A stretch of 64,000 nucleotides of DNA from an uncultured delta proteobacterium (GTDB lineage Bacteria > Myxococcota_A > Polyangia > Palsa-1104), in contig CAWAWS010000018.1 in NCBI GenBank assembly GCA_963785725.1, positions 114,974-178,973 of the forward strand. The letters are read 5' to 3'. The position numbers were made by a program, and so were the translations under genes. The notes below the pieces were generated by a model. It saw only the letters and a list, made by a program, of their open reading frames with translations, made no database searches and was not told the origin of the DNA. Of the stretch, positions 1-10,041 are shown piece by piece; the first letter of the stretch is position 1, and each line of letters begins with the position of its first letter.

Positions 1-1
1 C

Positions 2-487
2 GGCCAGGCGACGATTCCCATGGTCGCCGCCGTCAGTCGCGTGCAGCCCGTCGAGTACGCCGAGATCGTAGCGACCGTGGCCTCCAAGTCGATCGGTCCC
101 GGCACGCGCCAGAACATCGACGAGTTCACGCGCACGACGGCGCACGCGGTCGAGAAGATTGGCGGCGCCAAGCGCGGCAAGGCGATCATCGTCATCAACC
201 CCGCCGAGCCGCCGATCATCATGCGCGACACGATCCACTGCTTGACCGTCGGCGAGCCCGATCGCGACGCCATCGTCGCCTCGGTGCGCAAGATGGTCGC
301 CAGCGTGCAGGAATACGTGCCCGGCTACACGCTGAAGAACGGCCCCGTGTTCGACGGCCGCCGCGTCACGGTGTTCATGGAAGTGGCCGGTCGCGGCGAC
401 TACCTGCCGAAATACGCCGGCAACCTCGACATCATGACCTCGGCCGCCCTGCGCACCGCCGAGCTCTTCGCGGAGCGAATGCTATGA
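2..487 (+). CDS. hsaG: Acylating acetaldehyde/propionaldehyde dehydrogenase (HsaG/DmpF/MhpF), 5'-partial
   Basis: GQATIP...[25 protein letters not shown]...YAGNLDIMT motifs; ATGA overlap with the aldolase. Confidence 0.93.
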   Translation, partial: GQATIPMVAAVSRVQPVEYAEIVATVASKSIGPGTRQNIDEFTRTTAHAVEKIGGAKRGKAIIVINPAEPPIIMRDTIHCLTVGEPDRDAIVASVRKMVASVQEYVPGYTLKNGPVFDGRRVTVFMEVAGRGDYLPKYAGNLDIMTSAALRTAELFAERML

Positions 488-1554
488 GTGAGCGAGCGGA
501 CGTCGGGCGAGCGGATCGACCTCCAGGTATGAACCTGCGCGGTCGCAACGTCATTTTGCACGACATGTGCTTGCGCGACGGCATGCACCCGAAGCAGCAC
601 CAGATCTCGCTCGAGCAGATGATCAGCGTCGCCGAAGGGCTCGACGACGCCGGCGTGCCGCTCGTCGAGATCACGCACGGCGACGGCCTCGGCGGCGCGT
701 CCATCAACTACGGCTTTCCGGCGCACAGCGACGAGGAATACCTGCGCGCTGTCATCCCGCGCATGAAGCGCGCGCGCATCTCGGCGCTGCTCTTGCCCGG
801 CATCGGCACCGTCGACGACCTGCGCATGGCGGTCGATTGCGGCGTCGGCACCATGCGCGTCGCCACCCATTGCACCGAGGCCGACGTCGCCGAGCAGCAC
901 ATCGGCCTGGCGCGCAAATTGGGCGTCGACGCCGTCGGCTTCTTGATGATGGCGCACATGATCGAGCCCGAGGCGCTGCTGGTGCAGGCCAAGAAGCTCG
1001 AGAGCTACGGCTCGCACTGCGTCTACGTCACCGACTCCGCCGGCTACATGCTGCCCGACGACGTCACGGCGCGCATCGGCCTGTTGCGCGCGGAGTTGCG
1101 GCCGGAGACGCAGGTCGGCTTTCACGGCCATCACAACCTCGGCATGGGCATCGCCAACTCGCTCGCCGCGTTCGCCGCCGGCGCGGCGCGCATCGACGGC
1201 TCGGCCGCCGGCCTCGGCGCCGGCGCCGGCAACACGCCGCTCGAAGTCTTCGCCGCGGTGTTGGACCGCATGGGCGTCAACCACGGCGTCGACCTGTACA
1301 AGCTCATGGACGTCGCTGAAGAGCGCGTCGTGCCGATGATGGATCGCCCGGTGCGCATCGACCGCGACGCCTTGATCCTCGGTTACGCCGGCGTCTACTC
1401 GTCGTTCCTGCTGTTCGCGCAGCGCGCCGGCGAGCGCTACGGCGTCTCGTCACGCGACCTGCTCGTCGAGCTCGGCCGTCGCAAGACCGTCGGCGGGCAG
1501 GAAGATCTGATCGAAGACCTGGCGCTCGAGCTGTCGCGGGCCAAGTCGTCGTGA
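484..1554 (+). CDS. hsaF: 4-hydroxy-2-oxovalerate/hexanoate aldolase (HsaF/DmpG/MhpE); alternative start at 529
   Basis: [46 protein letters not shown] motifs. Confidence 0.95.
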   Translation: MSERADVGRADRPPGMNLRGRNVILHDMCLRDGMHPKQHQISLEQMISVAEGLDDAGVPLVEITHGDGLGGASINYGFPAHSDEEYLRAVIPRMKRARISALLLPGIGTVDDLRMAVDCGVGTMRVATHCTEADVAEQHIGLARKLGVDAVGFLMMAHMIEPEALLVQAKKLESYGSHCVYVTDSAGYMLPDDVTARIGLLRAELRPETQVGFHGHHNLGMGIANSLAAFAAGAARIDGSAAGLGAGAGNTPLEVFAAVLDRMGVNHGVDLYKLMDVAEERVVPMMDRPVRIDRDALILGYAGVYSSFLLFAQRAGERYGVSSRDLLVELGRRKTVGGQEDLIEDLALELSRAKSS

Positions 1555-1606
1555 GCGCGCGTCGGCGAGCGCGCTCGAGCGCGAGCGCGAGCTGCGGAGC
1601 GCGGCC

Positions 1607-2749
1607 GTGAGCGATTTCCGACAGGAGACGCGCGCGTGGCTCACGGCCAGCTGTCCGCCGTCGATGCGCACGCCTTTTGCCGGCGAGCAGGATTGGGTGT
1701 GGGGTGGTCGTCAGCCGAAGTTCCCGAGTGACGACGCGCGCCTCTGGCTTTCGCGCATGGCCGAGCGCGGCTGGACGGCGCCGACGTGGCCGCGCGCCTA
1801 CGGCGGCGGCGGCTTGTCGCCCGACGAAGCGACCATCCTCGACGAGGAGCTGCGCGCGCTCGGCTGTCGCGAGGCGCTCAAGAGCTTCGGCCTGTGGATG
1901 CTCGGCCCCGTGCTGCTCGAGTTCGGCTCCGAGGAGCAGCGCCTCGAGCACCTGCCGCGGATCATTCGCGGCGAAATCCGCTGGTGCCAAGGCTATAGCG
2001 AGCCCGAAGCCGGCTCCGACCTCGCGTCGCTGCAGACGCGCGCCACCCGCGACGGCGATCACTTCATCGTCGACGGCGGCAAGATTTGGACTTCGCACGC
2101 CGACGTCGCCGACTGGATGTTCTGCCTCGTCCGCACCGACGCCGCCGCCGGCAAGCACGCCGGCATCAGCTTCCTCTTGATCGATATGACGACGCCGGGC
2201 GTGAGCGTGCAGCCGATCCGGCTCATCAGCGGCGCCTCGCCATTCTGTCAGACGTTCTTCGACAACGTGCGCGTGCCGGCGCGCAATCTCGTGGGCGCGC
2301 CGGGCACCGGCTGGACCATCGCCAAGACGCTGCTCAAGCACGAGCGCTCGCTCATCGCCCATCGGCGCGGCGCGGCGACGACGGAAGAGGAGCCGCTGGA
2401 AGCGATGGCGCGCCGCTACGGCGTCGACGGCGATCTGCGTTTGCGCGATCGCATCACGCAGGCGAACTTGGATTCGCTGGCCTATCGCGCGCTGGTCAAG
2501 CGGTCGAGCGACGCGTCGCTGCAGAAGCTGTGCGGCACCGAGCTGAACCAGCGGCGCAAGGAGCTGCGCGTGCAGCTGGCCGGCTTCAACGGGCTCGGCT
2601 GGGAAGGCGACGACTTCAGCGCCGGCGAGCTGCAGCAGACGCGCGAGTGGCTCCGTTCGCGCGCCAATACCATCGAAGGCGGCACGTCCGAGATTCAGCT
2701 CAACATCATTGCCCGCCGCGCGCTCGGCCTCGGCGACGGACGCGAATGA
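1607..2749 (+). CDS. Acyl-CoA dehydrogenase (large subunit of a probable heteromeric ACAD)
   Basis: WCQGYSEPEAGSDLASL, KIWTS, TIEGGTSEIQLNII. Confidence 0.9.
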   Translation: MSDFRQETRAWLTASCPPSMRTPFAGEQDWVWGGRQPKFPSDDARLWLSRMAERGWTAPTWPRAYGGGGLSPDEATILDEELRALGCREALKSFGLWMLGPVLLEFGSEEQRLEHLPRIIRGEIRWCQGYSEPEAGSDLASLQTRATRDGDHFIVDGGKIWTSHADVADWMFCLVRTDAAAGKHAGISFLLIDMTTPGVSVQPIRLISGASPFCQTFFDNVRVPARNLVGAPGTGWTIAKTLLKHERSLIAHRRGAATTEEEPLEAMARRYGVDGDLRLRDRITQANLDSLAYRALVKRSSDASLQKLCGTELNQRRKELRVQLAGFNGLGWEGDDFSAGELQQTREWLRSRANTIEGGTSEIQLNIIARRALGLGDGRE

Positions 2750-2831
2750 TGACGCAATTCAACCTGTTGTCGATCGTGATCGCAATGATGATGGGCGACA
2801 TGATTGGACGCGAGCCCATGACGGTGCAGCA

Positions 2832-4046
2832 ATGATGACGAGCGACATCGTTGCTGCGCTGCAGGCGACGGTCAAGAAGTGGGCGCGCGAGCGGCTGCCG
2901 GTCGCCCATTTGCGCGCGCTGCGCGACAGCCGCGACGCCGTCGGCTTCAGCCGCGACGCGTGGCTGCAGTGGGCCGAGCTCGGCTTGTGCGGCGTCACCA
3001 TCGGCGAGGAGTTCGGCGGCAGCGCGCTCGGCTATGGCGCGCTCGGCCTGGCGGTGACCGAGCTCGGCCGCTCGCTGGCGCCGTTGCCGTGGCTGGCGGC
3101 GGTCCTCGGCGGTGGCGCCATCGCGCTCGGCGGCAGCGACGCGCAGCGCCGCGACCACTTGCCCGCGCTCGCCGCCGGCACGCGCTTGCCGACGCTGGCG
3201 CACGACGAAGGCACGCGCCATCGCCGCCATCGCGTCGCCTGTCGCGCCGCGCGCACGCCGGCCGGCTTCGTGCTCGACGGCGAAAAGACCATGGTCCTCG
3301 ACGGTCACGTCGCCGACCTGTTCGTCGTGAGCGCGCGAACGTCGGGCGCGCCGAGCTCGCCCGCTTCGCTCGCGTCGGCGAGCTCGCCCGCTTCGCTCGC
3401 GTCGGCGAGCGCGCCCCAGTCGTTGGGCGCGCTCGAGCAGCGCGACGGCATCACCCTCTTTCTCGTCGACGCGCGCGCCGCCGGCGTCAGCGTCACACGT
3501 AGCCACGTCGTCGACAGCCGCAACGCCGCGCGCCTGCGGCTCAGCCACGTCACCGTCGGTGAAGCCGACGTCGTCGGCGGCCTCGATCACGGCGCGGACG
3601 TCCTCGATCCGCTGCTCGATCGCGCCACCATCGTTCTGGCGGCCGAGATGTTGGGGAGCCTCGAAGAGGCGTTCGCGCGCACGCTGGCGCACCTCAAGTC
3701 GCGCCGCCAATTCGGCGTGCTCTTGGGCTCGTTTCAGGCGCTGCAGCATCGCGCCGCGCGCGCCTGGTGCGAGATCGAGCTGACCCGCGCGCTCGTCGCC
3801 GAGGCGCTGGAAGCGGCCGACGGCGACGACGCAGCGCTGACGGCGCGCCTCGCCTGCGCGGCCAAGGCGCGCGCGTCCGACGCCTTCATCGCCGTCGCCT
3901 CCGAAGCCGTGCAGCTGCACGGCGGTATCGGCGTCACCGACGAGCTCGACATCGGCCTCTTTTACAAGCGCGCGCACGTGGCCGCACAGCTCTTGGGCGA
4001 CGCCGCCTATCAGCGCGACCGCTTCGCCACGCTCTCGGGTTATTGA
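2832..4046 (+). CDS. Acyl-CoA dehydrogenase (small/partner subunit), with an in-frame repeat insertion
   Basis: RRQFGVLLGSFQALQHR, QLHGGIGVTDE; follows a large-subunit ACAD. Confidence 0.88.
   Translation: MMTSDIVAALQATVKKWARERLPVAHLRALRDSRDAVGFSRDAWLQWAELGLCGVTIGEEFGGSALGYGALGLAVTELGRSLAPLPWLAAVLGGGAIALGGSDAQRRDHLPALAAGTRLPTLAHDEGTRHRRHRVACRAARTPAGFVLDGEKTMVLDGHVADLFVVSARTSGAPSSPASLASASSPASLASASAPQSLGALEQRDGITLFLVDARAAGVSVTRSHVVDSRNAARLRLSHVTVGEADVVGGLDHGADVLDPLLDRATIVLAAEMLGSLEEAFARTLAHLKSRRQFGVLLGSFQALQHRAARAWCEIELTRALVAEALEAADGDDAALTARLACAAKARASDAFIAVASEAVQLHGGIGVTDELDIGLFYKRAHVAAQLLGDAAYQRDRFATLSGY
3352..3410 (+). repeat. 27-bp tandem repeat (CGAGCTCGCCCGCTTCGCTCGCGTCGG x2 plus partial) inside the ACAD
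   Basis: Exact units at 3352-3378 and 3379-3405, encoding SSPASLASA twice. Confidence 0.9.
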
Positions 4047-4047
4047 C

Positions 4048-5166
4048 ATGAACTTTGCGCTGACCGAAGAGCAAGAGGCGCTGCGTCGGCAAGCGCGCCA
4101 GCTGATGAAGCTGTCGGCGACGTCGGCGGCGACGCGGCAGGCGATCGCGAACCAGGCGTTCGATGCGACGCTGTGGGCGCGCATGGTCGAGCTCGGCTGG
4201 ACGGCGCTGCTCGTGCCCGAAGAGTTGGGCGGCCTCGGCCTCGGCTTCATCGAGCTGGCGGCGGTGATGGAGGAGACCGGCGGCGCGCTCGCCTGTGCGC
4301 CGCTGTTCTCGACCGTCTGCTTGGCGACGAACGTGCTGCTGCTCGCCGACGGCGCCGCGCCGCAGCGCCGGCTGTTGACCGAGATCGCCGAGGGCCGCCT
4401 GCGCGCGACCGTCGGCTTCGCCCCGCCCAACGAAGGCGACGGCCTGCGCGCCGTGCGCGACGGCGGCGACGTGCGGCTCACGGGCGAGTTGGCGTTCGTC
4501 GTCGACGGCGACAGCGCCGAGCTGCTGCTCGTGCGCGCCAGCGAGGCCGACGGCGCCGTAGGCGTCTACGCGCTGAGCGCCCCGGCGTCGGACCCCGTTG
4601 CCGGCCTCGTGCGCCGCGCGCGTCCGACGCTCGACGGCACGCGCCGCCTGGCCGACCTGCGTTGCGACGACCTGCGCTTGCCCGCCGCCGCGCGCCTGCC
4701 CGGCGACGGCGCCGCGCTCCTCGACGGCGCGCTGGCCCGCGCCCGCATCGCGCTCGCCGCCGAGTCGTTGGGCGGCGCCGAGCGCTGCCTCGCCATGTCC
4801 GTCGAGTACGCCAAGACGCGCGTGCAATTCAGCCGCGCCATCGGCAGCTTCCAGGCCGTCAAACACCGCTGCGCCGACCTCTTGATGCTCATCGAGACCG
4901 CGCGCTCGGCCGTCACCTGGGCCGCCTATTGCGCCGCCACCGACGATCCCGAGCTCGCGGTCGCGGCGTCCGTCGCGCACAGCTACGTCGGCGAGGCCTA
5001 TTTGCGCGCCACCGGCGACACCATCCAGATCCACGGCGGCATGGGCTTTACGTGGGAGCACGACGCGCATTTGTACTTCCGGCGCGCGCGCGGCTCGGCC
5101 GAGCTGCTCGGCGACGCCCGCGGCGAGCGCGAAAAGCTGGCGCAAAAGATCGGCCTCTCGTCATGA
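4048..5166 (+). CDS. Acyl-CoA dehydrogenase, FadE33/FadE32-like partner subunit
   Basis: MNFALTEEQ, RVQFSRAIGSFQAVKHRCAD, QIHGGMGFTWEHDAHLYFRRA; adjacent to fadD3. Confidence 0.88.
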   Translation: MNFALTEEQEALRRQARQLMKLSATSAATRQAIANQAFDATLWARMVELGWTALLVPEELGGLGLGFIELAAVMEETGGALACAPLFSTVCLATNVLLLADGAAPQRRLLTEIAEGRLRATVGFAPPNEGDGLRAVRDGGDVRLTGELAFVVDGDSAELLLVRASEADGAVGVYALSAPASDPVAGLVRRARPTLDGTRRLADLRCDDLRLPAAARLPGDGAALLDGALARARIALAAESLGGAERCLAMSVEYAKTRVQFSRAIGSFQAVKHRCADLLMLIETARSAVTWAAYCAATDDPELAVAASVAHSYVGEAYLRATGDTIQIHGGMGFTWEHDAHLYFRRARGSAELLGDARGEREKLAQKIGLSS

Positions 5167-5171
5167 GCGCC

Positions 5172-5205
5172 CCGATATGACAGCCGATATGACAGCCGAT
5201 ATGAC
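5172..5205 (+). repeat. 12-bp tandem repeat CCGATATGACAG x2.8 at the fadD3 start
   Basis: Units at 5172-5183 and 5184-5195, partial at 5196-5205; gives MTADMTADMT. Confidence 0.9.
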
Positions 5206-6853
5206 GCCAGACAGGATGCCGGAGACGATGAACGACGAGGCGGAACAGCTCGACGAGACGGCCGCGACCCGCGACGCGACGAGCCTGCCGATGGACCGCG
5301 ACTCCGGCACGCTGCCCGAGCTCGTGCGCGCGCAGGCCGCGCGCCACGGCGATCGCGTCGCCATCCGCGACGGCGCCACCGACGTCACCTTCGCCGCGCT
5401 CGCCGCCGCCGTCGACGAGTGCGCGCGCGCCTGGATGGCGCTCGGCATCGCGCGCGGCGATCGCGTGGCCGTGTGGGCGCCCAACAGCGCGCGCTGGCAG
5501 GTCGCCGCGCTCGGCGCGCAGGCCGCCGGCGCCATCTTGGTGCCGCTCAACACCCGCTGGAAAGGCCGCGAAGTCGCCGAAGTCTTGGTGCGCGCAGGCG
5601 TTCGCGCGCTCGTCACCGTCAACGGCTTCCTCGGCCTCGATTATGTCGCCATGCTGCGCAGCTGCGACGTGCCGACGCCAATGCTGACGCATATCATCAT
5701 TGCCGAGGGCGCGGCTCCGGCCGGTACGCTCGACTGGCCGGCGTTCCTGGCCGGCGCCGGCCGCGTCGCGGCCGCCGCGGCGGATGCGCGCAGCCGCGCG
5801 GTCACGAGCGACGACCTGTCCGACCTCATCTTCACTGCCGGCACCACCGGGCAGTCCAAAGGCGTCGCCTGCACGCACGGCCAGAGCCTGCGCGTCTTCC
5901 GCACGTGGAGCGAGGTGGTCGGCCTACGCGCGAGCGATCGCTACTTGGTCGTCAATCCCTACTTCCACACGTTCGGCTACAAGGCCGGCTGGCTCGCCTG
6001 CTTGTTGACGGGCGCGACCTGTCTGCCGCATCCGGTGTTCGACGTGCCGTCGCTCTTGGCGCGCATCGCCGCCGAGCGCGTCACCGTCCTGCCGGGGCCG
6101 CCGACGCTGTATCAGTCGATTCTGCACGCGCCCGATCGCGCCCGCTACGATCTGTCGAGCCTGCGGCTGGCCGTGACCGGCGCGGCGTCGGTGCCGGTCG
6201 AGCTCATCCGCCGCATGCGCGACGAGCTGACCTTCGGCACCGTCCTCACCGCCTACGGCCTCACGGAATCGACGGGCACGGTGACGATGTGCCGCCGCGA
6301 CGACGACGTCGAGACCATCGCCAACACCTCCGGCCGCGCCATCCCCGGCGTCGAGGTGCGCATCGACGAGGCCGCCGGCGGCGAAGTGCTGGTGCGCGGC
6401 TACAACGTCATGCGCGGCTACTGGGAAGACGACGCCGCCACGCGCGCCGCCATCGACGCCGACGGCTGGCTGCGTACGGGCGACGTCGGCATCTTGGACG
6501 CGCGCGGCAACTTACGCATCACCGATCGCATCAAGGACATGTTCATCGTCGGTGGCTTCAACGTCTACCCGGCCGAGGTCGAGAACGTCCTGTTGCGCCA
6601 TGAAGCGATCGCCCAAGCCGCCGTCGTCGGCGCGCCCGACGAGCGCCTCGGCGAAGTCGGCTGCGCCTTCGTCGTCCTCAGGCCGAACACGAAGGCGACC
6701 GCCGACGAGCTCGCCGGCTGGGCGCGCGAGCAGATGGCGCACTACAAAGCGCCGCGCCGCGTGCACGTCGTCGACGCGCTGCCGCTCAACGCGGTCGGCA
6801 AAGTCCTGAAGTATCAGCTGCGCGAAATCGCCCGTCAGACTTCGCAGTCGTAA
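5177..6853 (+). CDS. fadD3: HIP-CoA ligase (FadD3 family acyl-CoA synthetase); true start uncertain
   Basis: SDLIFTAGTTG, DRYLVVNPYFHTFGYKAG, YGLTE, KDMFIVGGFNVYPAEVE; context among C/D-ring genes. Confidence 0.85.
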   Translation: MTADMTADMTPDRMPETMNDEAEQLDETAATRDATSLPMDRDSGTLPELVRAQAARHGDRVAIRDGATDVTFAALAAAVDECARAWMALGIARGDRVAVWAPNSARWQVAALGAQAAGAILVPLNTRWKGREVAEVLVRAGVRALVTVNGFLGLDYVAMLRSCDVPTPMLTHIIIAEGAAPAGTLDWPAFLAGAGRVAAAAADARSRAVTSDDLSDLIFTAGTTGQSKGVACTHGQSLRVFRTWSEVVGLRASDRYLVVNPYFHTFGYKAGWLACLLTGATCLPHPVFDVPSLLARIAAERVTVLPGPPTLYQSILHAPDRARYDLSSLRLAVTGAASVPVELIRRMRDELTFGTVLTAYGLTESTGTVTMCRRDDDVETIANTSGRAIPGVEVRIDEAAGGEVLVRGYNVMRGYWEDDAATRAAIDADGWLRTGDVGILDARGNLRITDRIKDMFIVGGFNVYPAEVENVLLRHEAIAQAAVVGAPDERLGEVGCAFVVLRPNTKATADELAGWAREQMAHYKAPRRVHVVDALPLNAVGKVLKYQLREIARQTSQS

Positions 6854-6909
6854 GATCATCGCATGGGCGAGCTGAGGCTTGGAGGCGCTGCTTCCGCCTT
6901 CCGGGACGG

Positions 6910-7836
6910 CTAGCTGCCGTAGACTTTTTCGGCGGGCTTGGCTTCGGCGATGAGGCGACGGACGGCGTCGCCGACTTCGGTCGCCTCCCAGCGCGCACCT
7001 TTGTCGACGTGCGGACCGACGCGCCAGCCGTCGGCGAGCGAGACGAGGCCGCCTTGCACCTCGAAGACGCGCCCGCTGACGTCGCGCGCCTCGGCCGAGG
7101 CCAGCCAGGCGACGAGCGGCGCGACGTTGCTCGGGTCCATCGCGTCGAAGCCGGCTTCCGGTCGCTTCATCATGTCGGCGAACGTCGCTTCGGTCATGCG
7201 CGTGCGTGCCGCGGGGGCGATGGCGTTGACGGTGACGCCGTAGCGGCGCAGCTCGGCGGCGGCGACGAGCGTCAGCCCGGTGATGCCGGCTTTGGCGGCG
7301 GAGTAGGCGCCTTGACCGACCGAGCCGCGCAAGCCAGCGCCCGACGTGGTGTTGATGACGCGCGCGTCCACCTTTTCGCCGGCTTTGCTGCGCGCGCGCC
7401 AGTGGTCGGCGGCGTGGCGCGGCATGCAGAAGTGGCCCTTCAGGTGCACGCGAACGACGGCGTCCCACTCGTCTTCGCTCGTCGAGACCAGCATGCGATC
7501 GCGGACGAAGCCGGCATTGTTGACGAGGACGTCGAGGCGGCCCCACGTCGTCACGGCGGCGTCGACGAGGCGGCGGCTGCCGGCCCAATCGGCGACGTCG
7601 TCGCCGTTGGCGATGGCTTCGCCGCCGGCGGCACGGATGGCGTCGGCCACTTCGACCGCCAGCGCCGAGGCGCCACCCCCGGCTGAGTTGCCGGCGCCGT
7701 CGACGCCGAGGTCATTGACGACGACGCGCGCGCCCAAGCGCGCCAGCTCCTCGGCGTGCGCGCGACCGATGCCGCGGCCGGCGCCGGTGACGATGCAGAC
7801 GCGCCCGTCGAGCAAACGCGGTGCCGCCGTCGTCAT
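6910..7836 (-). CDS. Short-chain dehydrogenase (Rv3548c-like)
   Basis: TGAGRGIG, VVVNDLG, NNAGFVRDRML, YSAAKAG; TAATG overlap with fadA6. Confidence 0.9.
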   Translation of the reverse strand: MTTAAPRLLDGRVCIVTGAGRGIGRAHAEELARLGARVVVNDLGVDGAGNSAGGGASALAVEVADAIRAAGGEAIANGDDVADWAGSRRLVDAAVTTWGRLDVLVNNAGFVRDRMLVSTSEDEWDAVVRVHLKGHFCMPRHAADHWRARSKAGEKVDARVINTTSGAGLRGSVGQGAYSAAKAGITGLTLVAAAELRRYGVTVNAIAPAARTRMTEATFADMMKRPEAGFDAMDPSNVAPLVAWLASAEARDVSGRVFEVQGGLVSLADGWRVGPHVDKGARWEATEVGDAVRRLIAEAKPAEKVYGS

Positions 7837-8988
7837 TACAGGCGCTCGATGATGGTGACGTTGGCCTGCCCGCCGCCTTCGCACATCGTCTGCAAGCCGT
7901 AGCGGCCGCCCGTGCGCTCCAGCTCACCGAGCAGCGACGTCATCAAGCGCGCGCCGGTGGCGCCGAGCGGATGGCCGAGCGCGATGGCGCCGCCGTTGAC
8001 GTTGACGCGCTCGGGATCGGCGCCCAATTCCTTCTGCCACGCCAGAACCACCGACGCGAAGGCCTCGTTGATCTCGACCAGGTCGATGTCGTCCAACGTC
8101 AAACCAGTCTTCTTGAGCGCCCACTGCGTCGCCGGCATCGGCGCCGTCAGCATCCAGACCGGGTCGGCGCCACGCACGCTCAGGTGGTGAATGCGCGCGC
8201 GCGGCTTCAAGTTGTGCTCTTTGACCGCGCGCTCGTAGGCGATGAGCAGCGCCGCCGCACCGTCGGAGATTTGGCTCGACAGGGCGGCCGTGATGCGACC
8301 GCCTTCGGCCAGCGTCTTCAGCGTCGCCATCTTCTCCAGCGTCGAGTCGCGGCGCGGCCCTTCGTCGAAGTCGAGGCCGTTGAGCGGGGCGATCTCGCGC
8401 GCGAAGCGCTTCTCGTCGCCGGCGCGGATCGCGCGCCGATGGCTCTCGAAGGCGAACTTCTCCATGTCGAGCCGCGACAAGTTCCACTTCTCGGCGATCA
8501 TTTCCGCGGAGCGGAACTGCGAGATCGGCGTGTCGCCATAGCGCGCGACCCAGCCCTTCGACGACGAGAACGGGTCGCGAAAGCCGAGCGAATCGCCGAC
8601 GCGCCACGACGTGCCGATGGGGATGGCGCTCATGTTCTGCAAGCCGCCGGCGATGACCATGTCGCTGCGTGCCGCTCATGACCGCCTGCGCCGCGAAGTG
8701 CACCGCCTGCTGCGACGAGCCGCACTGCCGATCGAGCGTCACGCCGGGCACGGTGTCGGGCAGCCCGGCCGCCAGCCACGCCGTGCGCGCCACGTCACCG
8801 GCTTGCGGGCCGATCATGTCGACGCAGCCCATGACGACATCCTCGACGGCGGCGGGATCGATCCCGGTGCGCGTCACCAGCGCCGCGAGGACGTGCGCGC
8901 CGAGGTCGGCGGGGTGAACGGTCGCCAACGTGCCGCCCTTCTTGCCGACGGGCGTGCGCACGGCATCGATGATGAACGCTTCACTCAT
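7836..8988 (-). CDS. fadA6: Acetyl-CoA acyltransferase (thiolase) FadA6; one +1 frameshift near 8665
   Basis: N-half MSEAFIIDAVRTPVG...DRQCGSSQQAVHFAAQ and C-half EINEAFA, GGAIALGHPLGATG, TMCEGGG lie in different frames. Confidence 0.88.
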
Positions 8989-10040
8989 GTACTGTCTCCG
9001 TCGGTAGGTTGGGCGTCGAGATAGTGGGCGGCGACCCGGGCACGCTGGCTGGGCGCGTCGCCCCAAGCCGCGGCCAGCGCCCAGGTGCGCTTCAGGTACA
9101 GGTGCAGGTCGTGCTCGAAGCTGTAGCCGATGGCGCCGTGGCACTGCAGCGCCGCGCGGCCGGCGCGCTCGGCGGCGTCGGACGCGGCCGCCTTGGCCAT
9201 GGCGACGGCGACGGCGCGCTCGGACGCGACCTCGTGGCGCGCCAGCGCGTAGGCGGCGTGATAGACGAGCGGGCGCGCCAGCTCGAGCGCCACCAGCGCG
9301 TCGGCGAGCTGGTGCTTCACCGCTTGAAAGCTGCCCACCGCTTGACCGAACTGGCGCCGCACTTTGACGTACTCGACGGTCAAGTCGAGCATGCGCGCGC
9401 CCAAGCCGAGGAGCTGCGCGGCCGCCGCGAGCGCGCCGCGATCGGCGGCGTCGGCGAACACCTCCACGGCATCGGCCGTCAAAACCGTCGCCGCTCGCGG
9501 CGTCCACTCGACGGCGAAGAGGCGGCGCGCGCCGTCGACCGACTGACGCGGCGACAGGCGCGCGCGCTCGCGGGGCAGGGCGTGCAAGGCGTCGCCGTCA
9601 CGCAGCAGCAAGAGGTCGGCGACATGCGCATCCGCGACGAGCGGCGCGTCTTTGGCGCCGCCGGTCTGAGGCGCGACCGACACGGTGACGATGGCGGTGC
9701 CGTCGGCGATGCGCAAAAGCCAGTCGCTCGTCGGCGCCACGGCGGCCAAGAGCGGCGCGCCCACGGCCGTCGTCTCCAGCAGCGGCTCCGGCAAGGCCGC
9801 GCGGCCGGCCTCTTGGAGCGGCAACACCCAGTCGAGCGCGTCGCCGCCGAGGCCGCCGTGCTCGGGCGGCACCGTCAGCCCGACGACGCCGACGTCGGCC
9901 AGCTGCTTCCAGCGCGCCGGCGAGCGTCCGCTGTCGCTGGCCCAGGCGCTGCGCACCTCCGACGGCGGGCAGGCGCGCGCCAAGAGCTCGCGCATCGTGC
10001 GCTGAAACTGCCGCTGCTCGGCGGAGAAGGCGAAGCGCAC
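8985..10040 (-). CDS. fadE32: Acyl-CoA dehydrogenase FadE32-like
   Basis: RRQFGQAVGSFQAVKHQLAD, LQCHGAIGYSFEHDLHL; directly downstream of a fadE31-like gene. Confidence 0.78.
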   Translation of the reverse strand: MRFAFSAEQRQFQRTMRELLARACPPSEVRSAWASDSGRSPARWKQLADVGVVGLTVPPEHGGLGGDALDWVLPLQEAGRAALPEPLLETTAVGAPLLAAVAPTSDWLLRIADGTAIVTVSVAPQTGGAKDAPLVADAHVADLLLLRDGDALHALPRERARLSPRQSVDGARRLFAVEWTPRAATVLTADAVEVFADAADRGALAAAAQLLGLGARMLDLTVEYVKVRRQFGQAVGSFQAVKHQLADALVALELARPLVYHAAYALARHEVASERAVAVAMAKAAASDAAERAGRAALQCHGAIGYSFEHDLHLYLKRTWALAAAWGDAPSQRARVAAHYLDAQPTDGDST

Positions 10041-10041
10041 G

